In this document: in pieces, positions 16,461-31,866 of the stretch | How the letters are laid out: each line of letters opens with the position of its first letter | Numbering within the stretch: the first letter of the stretch is position 1 | Source: the human T2T-CHM13v2.0 reference genome, Homo sapiens | NCBI RefSeq assembly: GCF_009914755.1 | Contig: NC_060933.1 | Reading direction: 5' to 3' (one strand) | Length of the DNA stretch: 64,000 bases | The notes under the pieces: model-generated | Seen by the model: only the letters and a program-made list of their open reading frames with translations | Database searches by the model: none | What the model was told of the DNA's origin: nothing | Translations under genes and position numbers: made by a program

Positions 16461-18959
16461 TACTTTTTATTTTACTGTATGTTCATTCAAAAAATGTGGT
16501 ATGTGATGAGCCACAAAACTTAAACTTTTTCCTGAAAAAATGTATGAAGTCATTTATTAAAGGCTTTTCAGCAGACTTGGATCAGATTTGGAGTTTATAT
16601 CATTGCACATCAATATGAAGGAGGAAGCTAGAGGGAAGCATGTCTGGAGGCAGTAAGGACAGTTAACTATTTCCATAATAATTCAAATAAAAAGTGTTAA
16701 AGGCCTGGATTTAGGCCATTTCATGGGCAACGGAGAGGGAGGTGGATAGGAGAGCTGTGATAGAAATAGAATCCACAGAGCTAAGAATCTATTCCAACTA
16801 CAGCCCATTTCCACCTTATAAATTTAAAGTCTAGACTGTGATACCACTCAAAGGCTGGTCTTCTTGAGTGAGTTTCCTACTTCACAGAAAATTATCAGAG
16901 TGTGTCTTTAAGAATCAAAATTTATTGACTGCCTTGAGCAATGAAAATCTTACATCAGAGGCAGAATCAAGCATGATCTCAATTGTGATGGTCAACCAGC
17001 TGGAGCTAGTAATTTTTTTGTTCTTTTCAGAAACTAATTGTGGTAGGTCCTTTGAACAGCTACTCCAAAAACCTTCACAGTGTTTGAAACAGGGTGTGGA
17101 ATAGGATAAGGGTGGTGAGAAGAGGCTACTTGGAAGGTGTCTTTCCATTTTTGAGATTGGGTGACAAGGTGTGTGACGATGCTGCTCACAGAGAAAGGGC
17201 ATTCAGAGGCCAGAGGAAAATCAGAAAAATTTGGGACATGTGAAATTGAAAGTACCTGAGAAACAGTCAACTGGAGCTAACATGAAAGAAATGTTCATAT
17301 ACAGCTTTTCAGCTTAGCAGGAAAATCTAGTCTACATAGGTTTGTAATTCAAGCATCCAAGTATATGTGATAGTTGAAATCATGCAAGTGAGTTACGTCC
17401 AGAAATGTTCAGTGACTTCCTCATGTCTCAAACCATTATAAGAATGAAACTCAGGTCTTCTCTCTTTACCACAATTCTCAATAAGACAAAATATTAGGGC
17501 AAAATAAACCTGTGTATGAAGTGTCTGGATCTCTTCAAATTTGGAATCTGATATCAGAAATTGCTACAGCCCTTAATTGCTAACACAGATAGTCCCACTT
17601 TTATGTTTCATAAATGTTCTGCATTTTACCCTATTTCTATTAGATTTGAATTTCACCTTTTTAGTAACTTCACTTTTGAAATGTAACCCTAATGATTTTA
17701 GATTTCATAACTAATTGGTTAACATATAGTTGGTATGATCTTTATATTATTTGTTCAGGAAAGTTTCTAAAGCATTTTTCTTTACCAAGTTTTGGAGAAA
17801 CGGTGTAGAATATGGATGCGGACCACTGGCCTGCATTCTGAATCCAATCAATTTAAAGAGAGCTTCAACCACTGTAAAACTCAATGCATCTACATAAATG
17901 GAAATCAATTGAATTGATTTTTGACAGACTTGCTCCACTGCCTTCAATTCAAAATCTGCTTATACATAGTGTTCCAGAACAAAATCATTATCATGTACAA
18001 CAGAAATACTGTTTTATTAAAAGCATAAAGGTTACAGTTTTGCAAAAGCTTCACTTTACATGAATTTTCAGTGAAATAAAAATGTTTTTAACCACTTATA
18101 CTATAAATCTGTAATATGCTTGCACTCTGCAAGAGCTAATAAATCTATTAATCCATTGACCTGAAAAAGGTTTAAATGCCCCAAAATTATCAGCATTAAT
18201 GGTTCTGATTATTTTCTCCATGAATTTGCACTGTGTACAATTATTATCCAAAGTATGTGAAGTGATGATTCTTTATCGAGCTTATATTAAACATGATACA
18301 TTAAAATATATTAAATGCTAGAGTATCTGTATCATAAAATACATTAAAATACTGTACCAGAATATCTAGAAAGAAAGGACTTATGAAGTAGACCTGCATG
18401 CCCTTCTCTCTCATGGCAGAGTTTGGGTGATGCATCAAAGGAAGAAAGAAAGCATATTATCTTGTCTAATTGCCTTGTAAACATTATAATGGCAGCTCTC
18501 CTGGCAAACAAAGTATGTGACCTTGGCTAGCAAGAGAGAACTATGAAATACATATAGTAAAATATAGCTGCCTATCTAGAATCACCTGTGTAAATAGACC
18601 TGGAATCTTTAGGTTTACAGGGGATGGCTCCAAGGAAAATGTCACATAAACTATGTAACTCAGTAATTCATGACCTAAGTGGCTTCTTCTGTGCAAGATC
18701 TGTACCAGAACACATCTCATGTGAGAAGAAATGACCCAATAAGTCACATTGGGGTCCCAGAACACTTTCTGCTTCACTTGTGTCATATAACTGCTTGTGT
18801 CATTGCAATTATTAGCAAAACTTGACATTGAGTAAGTACTCTGATTCTATGATTTTCATTTACCAGTCTAATTCTTAATATTATCTTAATGCTTGCATAA
18901 TATGATATCTGAAATCATCTCAGGTGCTATGAATAGATCATTTTAATTTCATTAATAAT

Positions 18960-20460
18960 AAACCACATTTAAAAAACCCTCAATGATGGGGGTATATCAA
19001 AGGAATACAGGAGCCAACAGAAAGAACTCCCAGTGGCCAAAACTAGAACAATTTGTGCAATAAAATAAACAAAGTAGTATTGAATTATATCCCAAAGTAT
19101 TAAATTATTTTTAATTCTAAATGTATATAAATAATTGCTTAAATAAATAGGGAAGAATATACAGTCCTCTAGATACATATTAGTGAAATGAAAAATTCCA
19201 GTCAAAATATAGGGCTGATCTGGGAATAACAAGAAGAGCTAATCCTCTGCATTACTCATAGCAATTTTCTTACAATGCTTTGATAAAATCTAACAGTCAC
19301 ACAACTAGGTACATAAAAATGTTTGACAAAATTGAATATCCACTTATTATGAAAACTCTCAGCAAAGTACAAATAAAGGCAATTTTCTTATCCTGATAAA
19401 GCACAAACTGATTCTTAAATTGTATAGGGCATGGTAAAGGGGCAAAAATTCTAAAATAATTTTGAAAATGACAAAGTTAGAGGAATCACACTATCTGATG
19501 TTAAGACTTAAGTTACAGTAATCAAGATAGTCATGCAGGTCAATGTAACAGAATAGAGAATCCATAAACTGATGCCCACATATATGGTCAATTGATCTTT
19601 GATAAAGATCAAAGAACAGATAGAATTTTCTTTTTAATAAATGGTGCTGGAATAATTTGGCATCTTATGTGAAAAATAAACCTCTACTTATAACTCCCTC
19701 TTTATAAAAAATTAAAAATGGATTATAGACATAAATGTAAAATTATAAAACTTTACAAGATAATCTAGGAGAAAATACCCATGACTCTGATTTAGGAAAA
19801 TATTTCATATATTTTGAAGCTCTGGTGTTTGGTCCATATATGTTTAAAACTGTTATGTCTTCTTGGTGAACTGATTCTATTATCATTATATAATGCCCTT
19901 CCTTGTCTCTTATAAGAGTTTTTCACTTAAAGTCTATTTTGGCTGATAGTATAGGCACCCTTCTTTCTTTTTATTACTATTTGCATAGAATATATTTTGC
20001 CGTATTTCCACTATCAACCTGTGCTTGTACTTAGGGTTAAAGTGAGTTTATTATAGACAGAATAGAGTTGGATCCTGTGTGGATTTTTTTAAAAAAATCC
20101 ATTCTGCCAATCTATATCTTTTGGCTGCAGAGTTTAATCTATTTACATTTAAAGGGAAGAACTTACTATTGGCACTCTGCTATTTGTTTTCTGTAGGTTT
20201 TATAGCTTTTTATCATTCATTTCCTATGATCACATTTTTCTGAGACTCTGAAGTACACCAGATTATAGGAGCAGAAAACAGATCAGTGGTTTCTAGAGGT
20301 TACATATCAGTAGAGAGTGCTTACAAAGGGGATTCCAGGGAGAGTTGTTTTGTGGTGATGAGACTATTCTGTGTTACTGATTGTAGTGGTGGCTACATTA
20401 CTTCATGCATTTGGTAAAACTTATTGAACTATATACAAAATATAAAAGTGAATTATGCCA
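18960..20460. mobile_element. Patchwork of ancient L1M fragments in both orientations
   Basis: ORF2-like plus-strand motifs (ATATGGTCAATTGATCTTTGATAAAG, AATAAATGGTGCTGG) and reverse endonuclease-region motifs at ~19815-20200. Confidence 0.7.
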
Positions 20461-21678
20461 TGTGATATTGTGATATAATAAAAATTATGTATTTGGTCTC
20501 TGTCCCTGATTCCTGAGACAGAGCTTCTAAAACCCTTGCAGATAGGGATGCTAGGAGTATCTTTTGTTCTTATATTTGGTCTTTGACCCTGGTTCTTGAC
20601 ACAGAGCTCCGAAGAACTTTTTAATTTCCTGAGTGATAGGAGTATCTGATACAGAGCTCCTACATCCCCGGAATATCCTGGATTATAGGAGCATCTCTTG
20701 CTGTAATGAGGTGACTCTTGGTAGGCTCCTGGATAGCCTTAGAATAGGAGCTGATTGCCATGAAAACCAACCATGTAATTAGAGGATATGAACTTTTAGC
20801 CCCAACCCCTTATTCCCCAGGAAGAGGAAAGGGGCTGAAAATTTAGTTGATTACCAATGGCCAATGAGGTAATCAATCATTTCTACATAATGAAGCTTTC
20901 ATAAAACCCCAAAATCAGTTTGGAGAGCTTCTGAATTGCTGAACACATGGAGGTACCTGAGGGTGGCATACCAGAGAGGGCACGGAAGCTCCCTACACCT
21001 TCTCTCATGCCTTCAGTGATGTCCAAGGGAGGGAATACAGTCATGGGTTCTTAGTTTCTGTTCCCAGTTGGGCCAGTAAAGCCCCTTCCTCCTTCCTCTT
21101 TTCTGCTTATCACTATAGACAGAAACTAAAAACCATGGCTTCAGGTTGCTAAAAGTCTAAAGCAAAACAAAACAGGACGGCAACAAAAACAACAACAACA
21201 ATCTCAACAAAATAAGGCAGATTGGACAAGCTTGCCCTATGCAGCTTCTCCACCTAACTGTTCATTACTTTCCTTAGTAACATCCTTTGTAATAAATGAG
21301 TAAATGTAAATAATGTGTTTCCCTGATTTCTGTGAGCCATTCTAGCAAATTAATTGAACCTAAACAGGGGGTAATGGGAACCTCCAATTTATAGCCAGTT
21401 GGCCAGAAGTACAGGTCACATTCTGGGACCTGCAATTGGCATCTAAAGTGAAGGGAAGTCCTGTGAGACTGTGCCCTTACTGTGTGGGATCTGACCCTAT
21501 ATCCAAGTAGATAGTGTCAGAATTGAATTCAATAATAGGCCAACCTGGTGGTGTCTGCTGGAGAATTCCTTTGCATGCGGGGAAAAATCCATACATATTT
21601 TGGTGACCAGAGGTGAAGTAATGTATTGAGTGGTGAGTGTGTGAGACTAAGAAAAATAGTTTGGTTTTTTTATATCTC
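20461..21678 (+). mobile_element. MER21-type solo LTR with a nested DNA-transposon relic
   Basis: TGTGATATTGTGATATATAATAA...CACAGAGCTCC repeats, AATCAATCAT...AATGAAGC, GTCAGAATTGAATT motifs. Confidence 0.8.
21014..21234. mobile_element. hAT-type MITE (MER30/MER107-like) inside MER21
   Basis: Imperfect TIRs CAGTGATGTCCAA...TTGGACAAGCTTG; interrupts the LTR sequence CATGCCTT|GCCCTATGC. Confidence 0.6.
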
Positions 21679-23004
21679 AAATATATTATATATAAATTTA
21701 AAGACAAATTTAAAAATTGAATCATTTTAAAATGTCTAAAATTTAAAGTACATTGAGTAACCCATGAGAGTAATTTATAATGTTCATATTTGATGAAAAT
21801 AGTTTCCAGTCAATTATTTTTTTCTGTTTACATTATAGAATTATATTTAGGTTAAATTTTATACATTTAAAAATTATTTCCTTGGTTTATATTCTGAAAT
21901 TTTTTTCTAGTCCTTCTTAGAGCTGATAAGCATCTTTGCTGATTATCTGCTTGTGTTACTCCATCAGGCTTCCATAGCCCATCTGATTCCACCAGATTAT
22001 TCAAATGAGCTCCTTATCACACTGTAGCTCAAGCCCTCAGAGATGTTCTTCTCTCCTATACAGACTTGCCACATTTTTTCAGGTGTGTAGGCATTTGCTC
22101 ATGTCTTAAATGTTCATCTTTATCCATCTGCCTATTCAAATCCATCTACACAATGTATTCTAGGAAGCATATCTTGATTATACTATGCATCATTGACTTC
22201 CTCATTTAGATGAGCCTCTATAACATTCGTAGGCTGTATTGCAAAATTCAATGACAAGTATATTTATATTCTCTTGCATTTGTTTCTTGTGTTTCAAGTG
22301 TATTAGTCTTGTCTTCTCAGATAGATGGTTAAGGCCATGATTTATATTTTGATGGTTTTCACAGCACCATCTTTGGTAAAATGACTACCGAAAATATATC
22401 TTTCATCACCATAGATGCTCAGTGCCATTGGATTAATCTAGAGCTAAGGATACTTGTTTTTATCTGAATCTCAGAGGCTGGGGACAGTTGGTCTCAGAAG
22501 TGACATGAATCACTGAAAGTTAAATGTTCCTTAACAGAGGGAGGTTGGAACTCACATATTTGAAAATAGCTCACATCATATACCACAGAAACGTTATGGT
22601 TTATTTACATACATATATATGACATATCTCATATATATAAGACATTTTCCAAATGTCTTATTCTTACAGTGATAGATACTTGTTGCTTCAAAGAACATGT
22701 ACACTATAGAAATATAGAAATTAGCTTAAATTAGTATTGTTACTGATTCACATCATTTTCTCATTTATTGTCATTGAAATTGGCCCCCTGGAAGAATAAT
22801 CAGTCCACCATCTTGGACCAGCACTTAATTATTATTTAGCAAAATTTAATTGTTATTACCAAAATGTAGGGACAAGTAAAAATATAATTCACTATTATGA
22901 TAATATTGGTAAATATTCTGATTCAAATGTTTTTCTTGCAATATGCCTCAATTTATCATCATAAAAATAAAAGATCCAAGTTTCCAGATTGAAAATATTT
23001 GATA

Positions 23005-23905
23005 TTTGTAAACTATGTACCCAACAAAAAACAAATATCCAGAATTTATAAAGAACTTAAACAAATCAACAGAAAACCCAAATAACCTCATTAAAAAGTG
23101 GGCAAAAGGAACAGACATTTCTCAAAAGAAGACATACAAGTGGCCAAGAAGCATATGAAAAAAATGCTCAACATCGTTAATTATCAAAAAGATGCAATGA
23201 GATATTATCTCACACCAGTCAGAATGGCTCTTATTAAAAAGTCAAAAAACAACAGATATTGGCATGGCTGTAGAGAAAGGGAATACTTATAAACTGTTGG
23301 AGAGAATGTAAATTAATTTGGCTCCTGTGGAAAGCAGTTTGATGATTTCTCAGAGAACTAAAAATAAAACTACTATTTGACCCAGCAATCCCATTACTAG
23401 GTAGCTACCCAAAGAAAAATAAATTATTCTTCCAAAAAGACACCTGCACTCATATGTTTATCAAAATACTATTCACAATGGCAAAGACATGGAATCAACC
23501 TAGGTGCCCATCAACAATGGACTGGATAAAGAAAATGTGGTACATATATACGGTGGAATACTGCACAGCCATAAAAAGAACAAAATCATGTCCTTTGCAG
23601 CAACATGAATGCAGCTGGGGACCACTTCCTAAGCAAATTAAAGCAGAAACAGAAAAACAAACACTGCATATTCTCACTTATAAGTGGGAGCTAAACACTG
23701 GAAAATATAGATAGGAACAGTAGACACCGGGGACTCCAAAAATAGGGTGGGAGAAAAGGCAGCAGGGTTTGAATACTACCAATTAGGTACTATGTTTAGT
23801 ATTGGGTAAGGGAATCAATAGAAGCCCAAACCTTAGCACCATGCAATACACCCATGTAACAAACCCGCACATGTAGCCCCTGAATCTGAAATAAAAGATT
23901 TTTAA
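23005..23905 (+). mobile_element. L1 (L1PB-like) 3' end
   Basis: ORF2 C-terminal remnants RHFSKEDIQ...[15 protein letters not shown] and TWNQPRCPSTMDWIKKMWYIYT; 3' UTR ending CTGAATCTGAAATAAAAG. Confidence 0.9.
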
Positions 23906-24410
23906 GAGTAAGAAATAAAATTATTTGAAGGAAACTGACCTATACATTTCTTTACTTGCCTTAAATATCTCTTCTTTGAGGAATCTGATATTTTTTGCGT
24001 ATAAGTGCTCTTCAGCAATTAGTTGAAAATACAAAACCACATAGTTTGCATGATATATCAATTTGTGTCACTTTTTTTTCAATTCTTTGCAAATAAGCAC
24101 TCCCCAAATTATTAGAAATCTCAGAAGGAAAATTAATTTATTGCTGCAGCATATATTAGGCAAAGTGGAGAAGTGGAGTATTCCAACTGAACTAAAAAGT
24201 ATATCAAACCAATTTCTAGCTCCCACTGAAACATTAAAAGAATTAAACATTACAACTTACTACTGTCAATGTAATTTTGTTCACTTCCACTTGTTTTTCT
24301 GCAGTTTTTTCAAAAATTTTAACACTGAAAACATTATAAAAATCATATAACTAATTGTATGTTGGTTAAAATATGTTTTATCATAATAACTACTTTCACG
24401 TACTAATGTT

Positions 24411-24778
24411 TGATATGGTTTGGCTCTGTGTCTCCACCCAAGTCTCATATCGAATTGTAATCCACAATGTTGGAGGAGGTGATTGAATCATGGGAGCAGA
24501 CTTCCCTCTTGCTATTGCTATTCTCATTATAGTGAGTTCTCAAGAGACCTGATGGTTGTAAAAGTGTATAGCACCTCCCAGCTCTCTCTTTCCTACCAGT
24601 CATGTGAAGATGTGCCTGTTTCCCCTTTGCATTTCGCCATGATTTTAAGTTTCCTGAGGCCTCCCCAGCAATGCCTCCTGTACAGCCTGTGGAACTGTGA
24701 GTCAATGAAACCTCTTTTCTTCATATATTACCAAGTCGTAGGCATGTGTTTATAGCAGTGTGAGAACAGACTAATACA
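24411..24778 (+). mobile_element. MaLR solo LTR (THE1/MSTA-type)
   Basis: TGATATGGTTTGGCTCTGTGTC...GAACAGACTAATACA; 5-bp TSD ATGTT/ATATT. Confidence 0.9.
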
Positions 24779-27700
24779 ATATTATTATTTCCTCTTGAAT
24801 TGTGCATTGTCATATTAAAAATTTCAAGCATTGTTCTAGGTGCTGGCAGCAGTGAATTAAACCAAATCCCTGTGCTAAATCCATTTATATTTGATGGGGG
24901 AGAGAGAATGCTTGCCAATCTTTCTTCCTAGGTACGTGGCCCTCTTATTCTTGATGCTCTTGTGAACATGTGATGTGGCTCTTTCACTGAGAAATCTCCA
25001 TGGGGAAGAACTGGGTATTACATAAGGCACTTGTAACATCAGTACAATCTAGGAAAAAGAAATCTTAAGATTTGTTTTAGATTTGAATCCTAAAATTTCC
25101 AAAGACATTCTTCTATATTGTGAGTTGTTAGAGTTCTTTAAATTGCACTTTTGACTATAGAAAGTGGATTGCCATGTTAAATTAAAACAAAAATAAAAGA
25201 TCAGCAATAAATAAACTGAAACTGATTACAACATTTTATTATAGTTGTATTTTTCTGGGAAAGGCAGAATGAACATCGGATCCCCCAAAGGGCCCATTAT
25301 CTAAAGTGTATAAGGGAGCACTTTTATTGTCTCACATAGTTCAAGTGGAGATATTGGCAATTCCAAATTCATATGTAAAGCCCAGAGTCAGTCTCATACC
25401 AAGGTCTGCTCTTAACATGGCAGAGATACTCCATATGCCAGGGTTACTGAGATTTAATACCAGCTCATCATTCTTTTGACTTTTCCAGATGGCAGACTTT
25501 TAGCATAGATATTTTTTCTAGATATCTACAATTGTAGCTACATGGAGTAAAGTGCAATTAACTGAAATTACTAGCAATTTTGTCTTTCTGATTTAAAGGC
25601 ATTTTGTTTATTCTTTTTAAGTACTCCAGGCCCCTGCTCACACTCATTTGTTGAATTCAGTAACTAACCAACTCTTCTGAAAATGGGAATATAAAATTGG
25701 AATTCCTCAAAGGTTATGTAAAATAATGTATGAAAAACCTTGTACCACAGAATTTGGCTGTTGACATGCCTTTAATAAATTTTGGGTGTATCTGAGCACA
25801 TCACTTCATAGTAAGAACATTTCTATTTACAAGCAGTAATGTATCAAGGCTAAAGTTACAAATTTGGTCGATGGTATAAGTCTCATAAAGTTTTTGCCAT
25901 GTTGAATTTTTTTAAATGATGTTGGTTTTGTCAGTTCATGATAGTTTATTTTTTAAATGTTTTACCAAAATGGTCAAAATATCTTACATTTAAATGTTTA
26001 TTCTGTTATAAATAGTAGACTTATGGATTTCTTAAATATTTGTTGTAAGCATCTAGTGAGGCAGTCGTAATCCCACTAACTATATACAAACCAAAAAGCC
26101 CTTTTTATGTTTAAAACACACACGCTGTGAAGGAAGTTATTCCAAAAACTCCAGACTGTGAACAGACATTAACCTTCTACTTTGACAACATCTAATTTTC
26201 CTGAAGAACAATTAAAACCCAGGGAGCCTCAATTAGAAGCACTTTCACTTTGGTAATAAAGGCCAAGTTTTAATGTTTAGGTTTTAGTTGCATTCATTTT
26301 TCATACCAATGAACTGCATCATGCTCTTCCTTCAGCACACAAGCTGCAACCAGGCCACAATTTTATCATTTTCATCAGGGCCCAAACATATGCCATCTCT
26401 ACTCAAAGCCCTGCTAATTCCTGGAGGTTTCTTCAGAGAGCTGAGTTGAGGAGAGAATTATTCAGCAAAGGTAACTAACATGGATGCTAATGTATATAAT
26501 CTGGCTGAGAAATCAGCTTTTCTTCAACAGCTAACTGTGCCTTATTCTTTCTGGTCACTTTCTCCAAGAGGAGCACTGGGCTCTGCTAGTGGATCTAAAG
26601 TTTTCCCTAGTGTATTTTCCAGCCATATTCTAGAGATGTGCCCCTTCTCCTGAACTGTGTGGTGTGGTGAAGGTGGGGACATGATGAGGACTTAGCTCTC
26701 AGAGTTAGCAATGCTGCATGCATCCAGGATCTGCTACTCACTGGGGGACCTTCTACAAGTCACTCAGCCTCTCTGGTCCTGTTTCATTATCTATACAATG
26801 AGGAACCCTGTCTACATTCTCTCTAACTATCATATAGCTCCAAAGTTTCTATGAAGCCCAGATGTTCCACTCAAGGAATTTAGTATCTTTACACCTTCAT
26901 TTTCAAGAAAAAATGAAGCTTCTCCTCCCAAAATATTAGAAACCAGTGCTAAAAGTCTAGAATATTTTAGTGTCTATGAATTTTAAAATCCTGTTTTAAT
27001 TACAAAATAATAATCAGAAGAGTAGGAAGGAGACAAGTTAATAAACAAGCAAAAGCTTTTTCCCTAACAAATAATCAGCCAAGGAAGAGATGAACATAAG
27101 AATTGACATAGTTAATTCTCCTAGAATGAATATAGTGCAGGAGTTACTCCATGATATAGAAAATAAGGTATAACCCCAAGCTGTCATTTGAGGACCAATA
27201 AGTCATTGAATGACACTTTGATTCCTAGATGCAAATATTTTAAAGACTTTTTTATTAATACAAAATTGTGGATTGAGGCATCACTGAGAATCCCAAGTAA
27301 TGAGCATCCACAGCCATGTCTCTCTCAATATGCACCATGCGGGTCTGGGTCCTTCTCAGGGTCCAGGCAGGGTATACTATTTATGCTCCCCTATGTCTGC
27401 TCTTCTTCTGCAGGAGGCATTTTTCCCACCTTCATAGCTGTCTCCGTTCTCTTCTACTTTACAGTTTACAGGAAAGCTACTTGCTGTAAGTCAGCCTGTT
27501 TTAGCCCTTGAGATGCAAAGAGCTTTGCATGTGAAGCTCTATATGCAAAGCTATGGAATGTGGCACTCCATTTCTCTGTCAGTAAAATCTATCTTGAAAG
27601 TCTTTTGTTCAGGACTCAGAAATATGATTTTACAAAATAAAAGTAGAACACTGACTTTAATGGAATAAAATAATATACCAGAAAAAAAAAACTCTCTCTA

Positions 27701-28391
27701 CATTTTATCCCTTTTGCACAAGTAATGCCCAGTGGAGTCAGTCCCCTGCCCCAAGGCCTCACTGATAACTCTTTTCCCCCATTAAGCTTAGCCTTCCTTT
27801 CTAAGAAATATCCTCTCCTTAAGCCTAAATCTGAATGCTATTTCAACCAGATTTTACTTTGGTAAAAATTATACCAACAGAGATCCGAGTGCCATTCTCC
27901 TCCAAAGTACCACAAAATCCAAGGATAACAAGGAGTGCTTACTACGTGACAGAGGAAGTACTAAGTTCTCTGCTTGTATTGACTCATGTAACCCTCTCAA
28001 AAGCCCTATGTGTTAAGTTTCCCATTTAATGAATGGAAAACTGAGTCCTAGAAAGATTAATTGGCTACCTAAGAGCATACAGTTAGAAAGGGTGGATCTG
28101 GGATTTCACCAGATGCACATGTGGCTTTGTGAAATCTGACAGGGATGTCAATATCCCGACAGGTAAAGTGAGGTTATAATTTTCTCTTATTTTCTATTCT
28201 TTTTCTAAAAATCATGTGCTCAAATCTTACAGGACTGTGTACTCAAGAGGCTAGCTATTATTCTCCACTGCTTTTTAAGCAGCAAAATCTTTTTCATTAA
28301 ATGACATCTTAAGTAAAAGCTTAATATATACAACATGTCAAACAGGGGTTGCTGTATTAGAGGTGAGGTATGGATGTGCTGGCTGCAGGTG

Positions 28392-28428
28392 AGGGCAAAG
28401 GGCAAAGGGCAAAAGGGCAAAGGGCAAA
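28392..28428 (+). repeat. (GGGCAAA)5 heptamer array; G-quadruplex / overlapping DR1-like motif
   Basis: AGGGCAAAGGGCAAAGGGCAAAAGGGCAAAGGGCAAA read directly. Confidence 0.9.
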
Positions 28429-31089
28429 GCCCGAGTTACCTTCTTCAAGGCAACTCTGCCACAACTTGAAAACATCTTAGGCCTCAGTTTGAAATGCTTC
28501 TCCTACTTTCGGGAGTCTTCAGCATCAAAATTTCTCCCAGATAACCTGACAAAACTGTAGAACATCAGACCTGGAATGACTGAAAGACCACCGGGCTCAG
28601 TGTTTACCTGAGGTGGGCAAGTGGCTGAGCAGCTCAGGAGTGGGCCCCCTTAGTCTTGTCCCATCTTACTTTGTACTACACTGTTCTTTAGAGAAAGCTT
28701 CCTTTTGGAGACCAACCAGGACTCCTTAGAAGCAGAGGTGACAAAGCAAGCTTTCTAAATGATTTGGGGGAAAAGACAAGTCTTCCTTTCACATTTTTGG
28801 AAGGAAATACTTTTAATAAGGCAGGGATTCTCCAATGAACTGGTCTAAACCACTGCTTGCGGCCTCATGCCTGGCCTGCTTCACCCACTCAACAGAATCA
28901 CCTCGTCTCTGAAGGTGGTTGTGTTTGAAACACGTGCTTTATGGAGCAGCTGCTTACAGGCTTAAAAGGGAATCAGAGGTGTCGGTTCAATCAATCTGCC
29001 CCCCTGTAAGCTTCATGAGGACAATGACTCTGTCTCCCTGATGCACGTGAACCTAGCACCGGCACCCTGGAGCAGAGCAAGTGCTCAATACTGATCGTGT
29101 TTGCTTAATTGATAAGCCATTAGTGTGCGCTCTAATAAACTGCTTTAGAAGAATGCTTTAGGAGTTGGAAGTATAGATCTGCCTAACATACACTTAGAAA
29201 AAATTAGGCAGATCTTTTAAATGCTTACATTTTAGTAAGGAAAACAATTGATCATTAGGGTGAACGCTGCATCATTATTTTACAATCTACAAAGTAACAG
29301 GAAAGTGTACAGATTTGGCAAACCACAGAATTAACCATTGTATCTGACTTACATTACTCATTTGCTCATGGATGAGATTCTAACAGAGATGCGTTTGGCA
29401 TTTTCACAAATGCTCTGCGTTTCAAAGAGTAGATCAGCTAATTTTGCGCTGAAACCCTTAAACTTAATGGGGACAATGTATCTCACCTCAAATCTTCAAT
29501 CAGATGTGCTGATCAAACCCACATGAAGCACATTTATTCTTGGAAAATATTTTCAGTTTTACTATTTACTATTGTAATTCCCATTCATAAAATAGCCAGC
29601 ATTTGCCATTATATTTTACAGAGACATCTTTAACAACTTTTTACAAGAATGACTGCAATATTTTAGGTTATCAATAAACTGGTGTGGAAAATGCAGCATT
29701 CTTAAAAGTTAGTCATGGCACTAGTGCATTAATTATACATTAGAACAATTAGCCTTAAAGAGATTATAGATTTATAAATTGTAAATTATGCCAAGTATTT
29801 TGAAATTAGGTACCTGTGAGTTATGACCCTGTGTTTTGAAAGAACAACTTGTAACTATATTGCTGATATCTTGATTATAATATTTTATGCCAACATTATG
29901 TTAAAATATAATATCCCATTATAAAAGTTCCAGAGACAAGCCACAATATGTAAATATTTCTGTATTTTAATTTACAGAGCTTATTTTTTCATTTGCCCTG
30001 ATAACTGAATTAACATTGTCAAGGGAAATTCATATGAATCAAAAAATGCAATAAATTAGACCCTTAAAATAATTCATAGTTCATGAGTTGCCCATTTTAA
30101 GGTCAAAGTTTTTAGCAAAAGCTCACAACTCTTATGGCACTATCTTTTAGGTACAGTTTAAAACTTTGAATATGCTTTGTTTTCAAGTGTTTATGAATAA
30201 TTTCTTCAATAATAAAAAAAATCATATACTTTGAAGAAAGGGCCTATCTCATTCTTCTTGCCTGGCCACATGGTCTCATGGGTACAATTCAATATTTTAA
30301 TAATTTCTACTATTCCTGAGATAGTCAAACAATTTCTCATCATCATCTCACCATCACAATCTTAATGAGAAGTCTCAGTTTCTGAGTGTCAGCCAGAGAG
30401 CAGATACCAGGAATTGTGCTCTAATCCTCATAACAAAACTTCAAGATCTCTCGGCAAAGAAAAGTCAAACCAAGATTCAAAACCATGGTTGTGGATTCCA
30501 AAGCTGAACCCTTTCTGGCCATGATGCCTCCTTTAGCCAAGTGGTAATTCAACAGTTAGCTTTATAATATGTCACAGATGATCCATTAAATAGTTTCTAA
30601 CACTGTTCTGATTCATCTCTTTTACAATATATTGAGAATAATAGCATTTCCACAAAGGTTATTTCAAATGAAAAGACATTTACTATCTTTGTGCTATCAT
30701 TTACCCTAAAGAGCCTATATTTTTCCAATAATGTAGTTTCCACTCCTGGGAAAGCACAGCTCTTTTATACAAATGGCATGAAATCAGAGGGATGCTGTGC
30801 AAATGCTGTGCTTCTCCAAAATGAATTTTTAAGATTGACCCCAAAACTCATCTTCTCCTTTCAATTTACATAATATCTCTTACAAAACTGCCAAAACCAT
30901 ATTTCAAATTTAAAATGTCTTGGACAAAGGGAAAAATGCTCTGAAATATCAAATTACATGTACTTTATTTCTTTCACTGTGACGACTCCAAAATATAACC
31001 TCAGCTTCAGCTATGATTTCTCTTAAAAATTCTATTAAAATGCAAAGAAATAGTTGGTTGTAGGTGGCAGAGCCTTCTGAGATCCCTCT

Positions 31090-31866
<777 letters not shown>

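Noticed and set aside
17747-17947. Protein-looking 66-aa minus-strand ORF
   Set aside because: Non-ATG start, no flanking minus-strand splice signals, no family recognised; a plus-strand acceptor explains the region at least as well.
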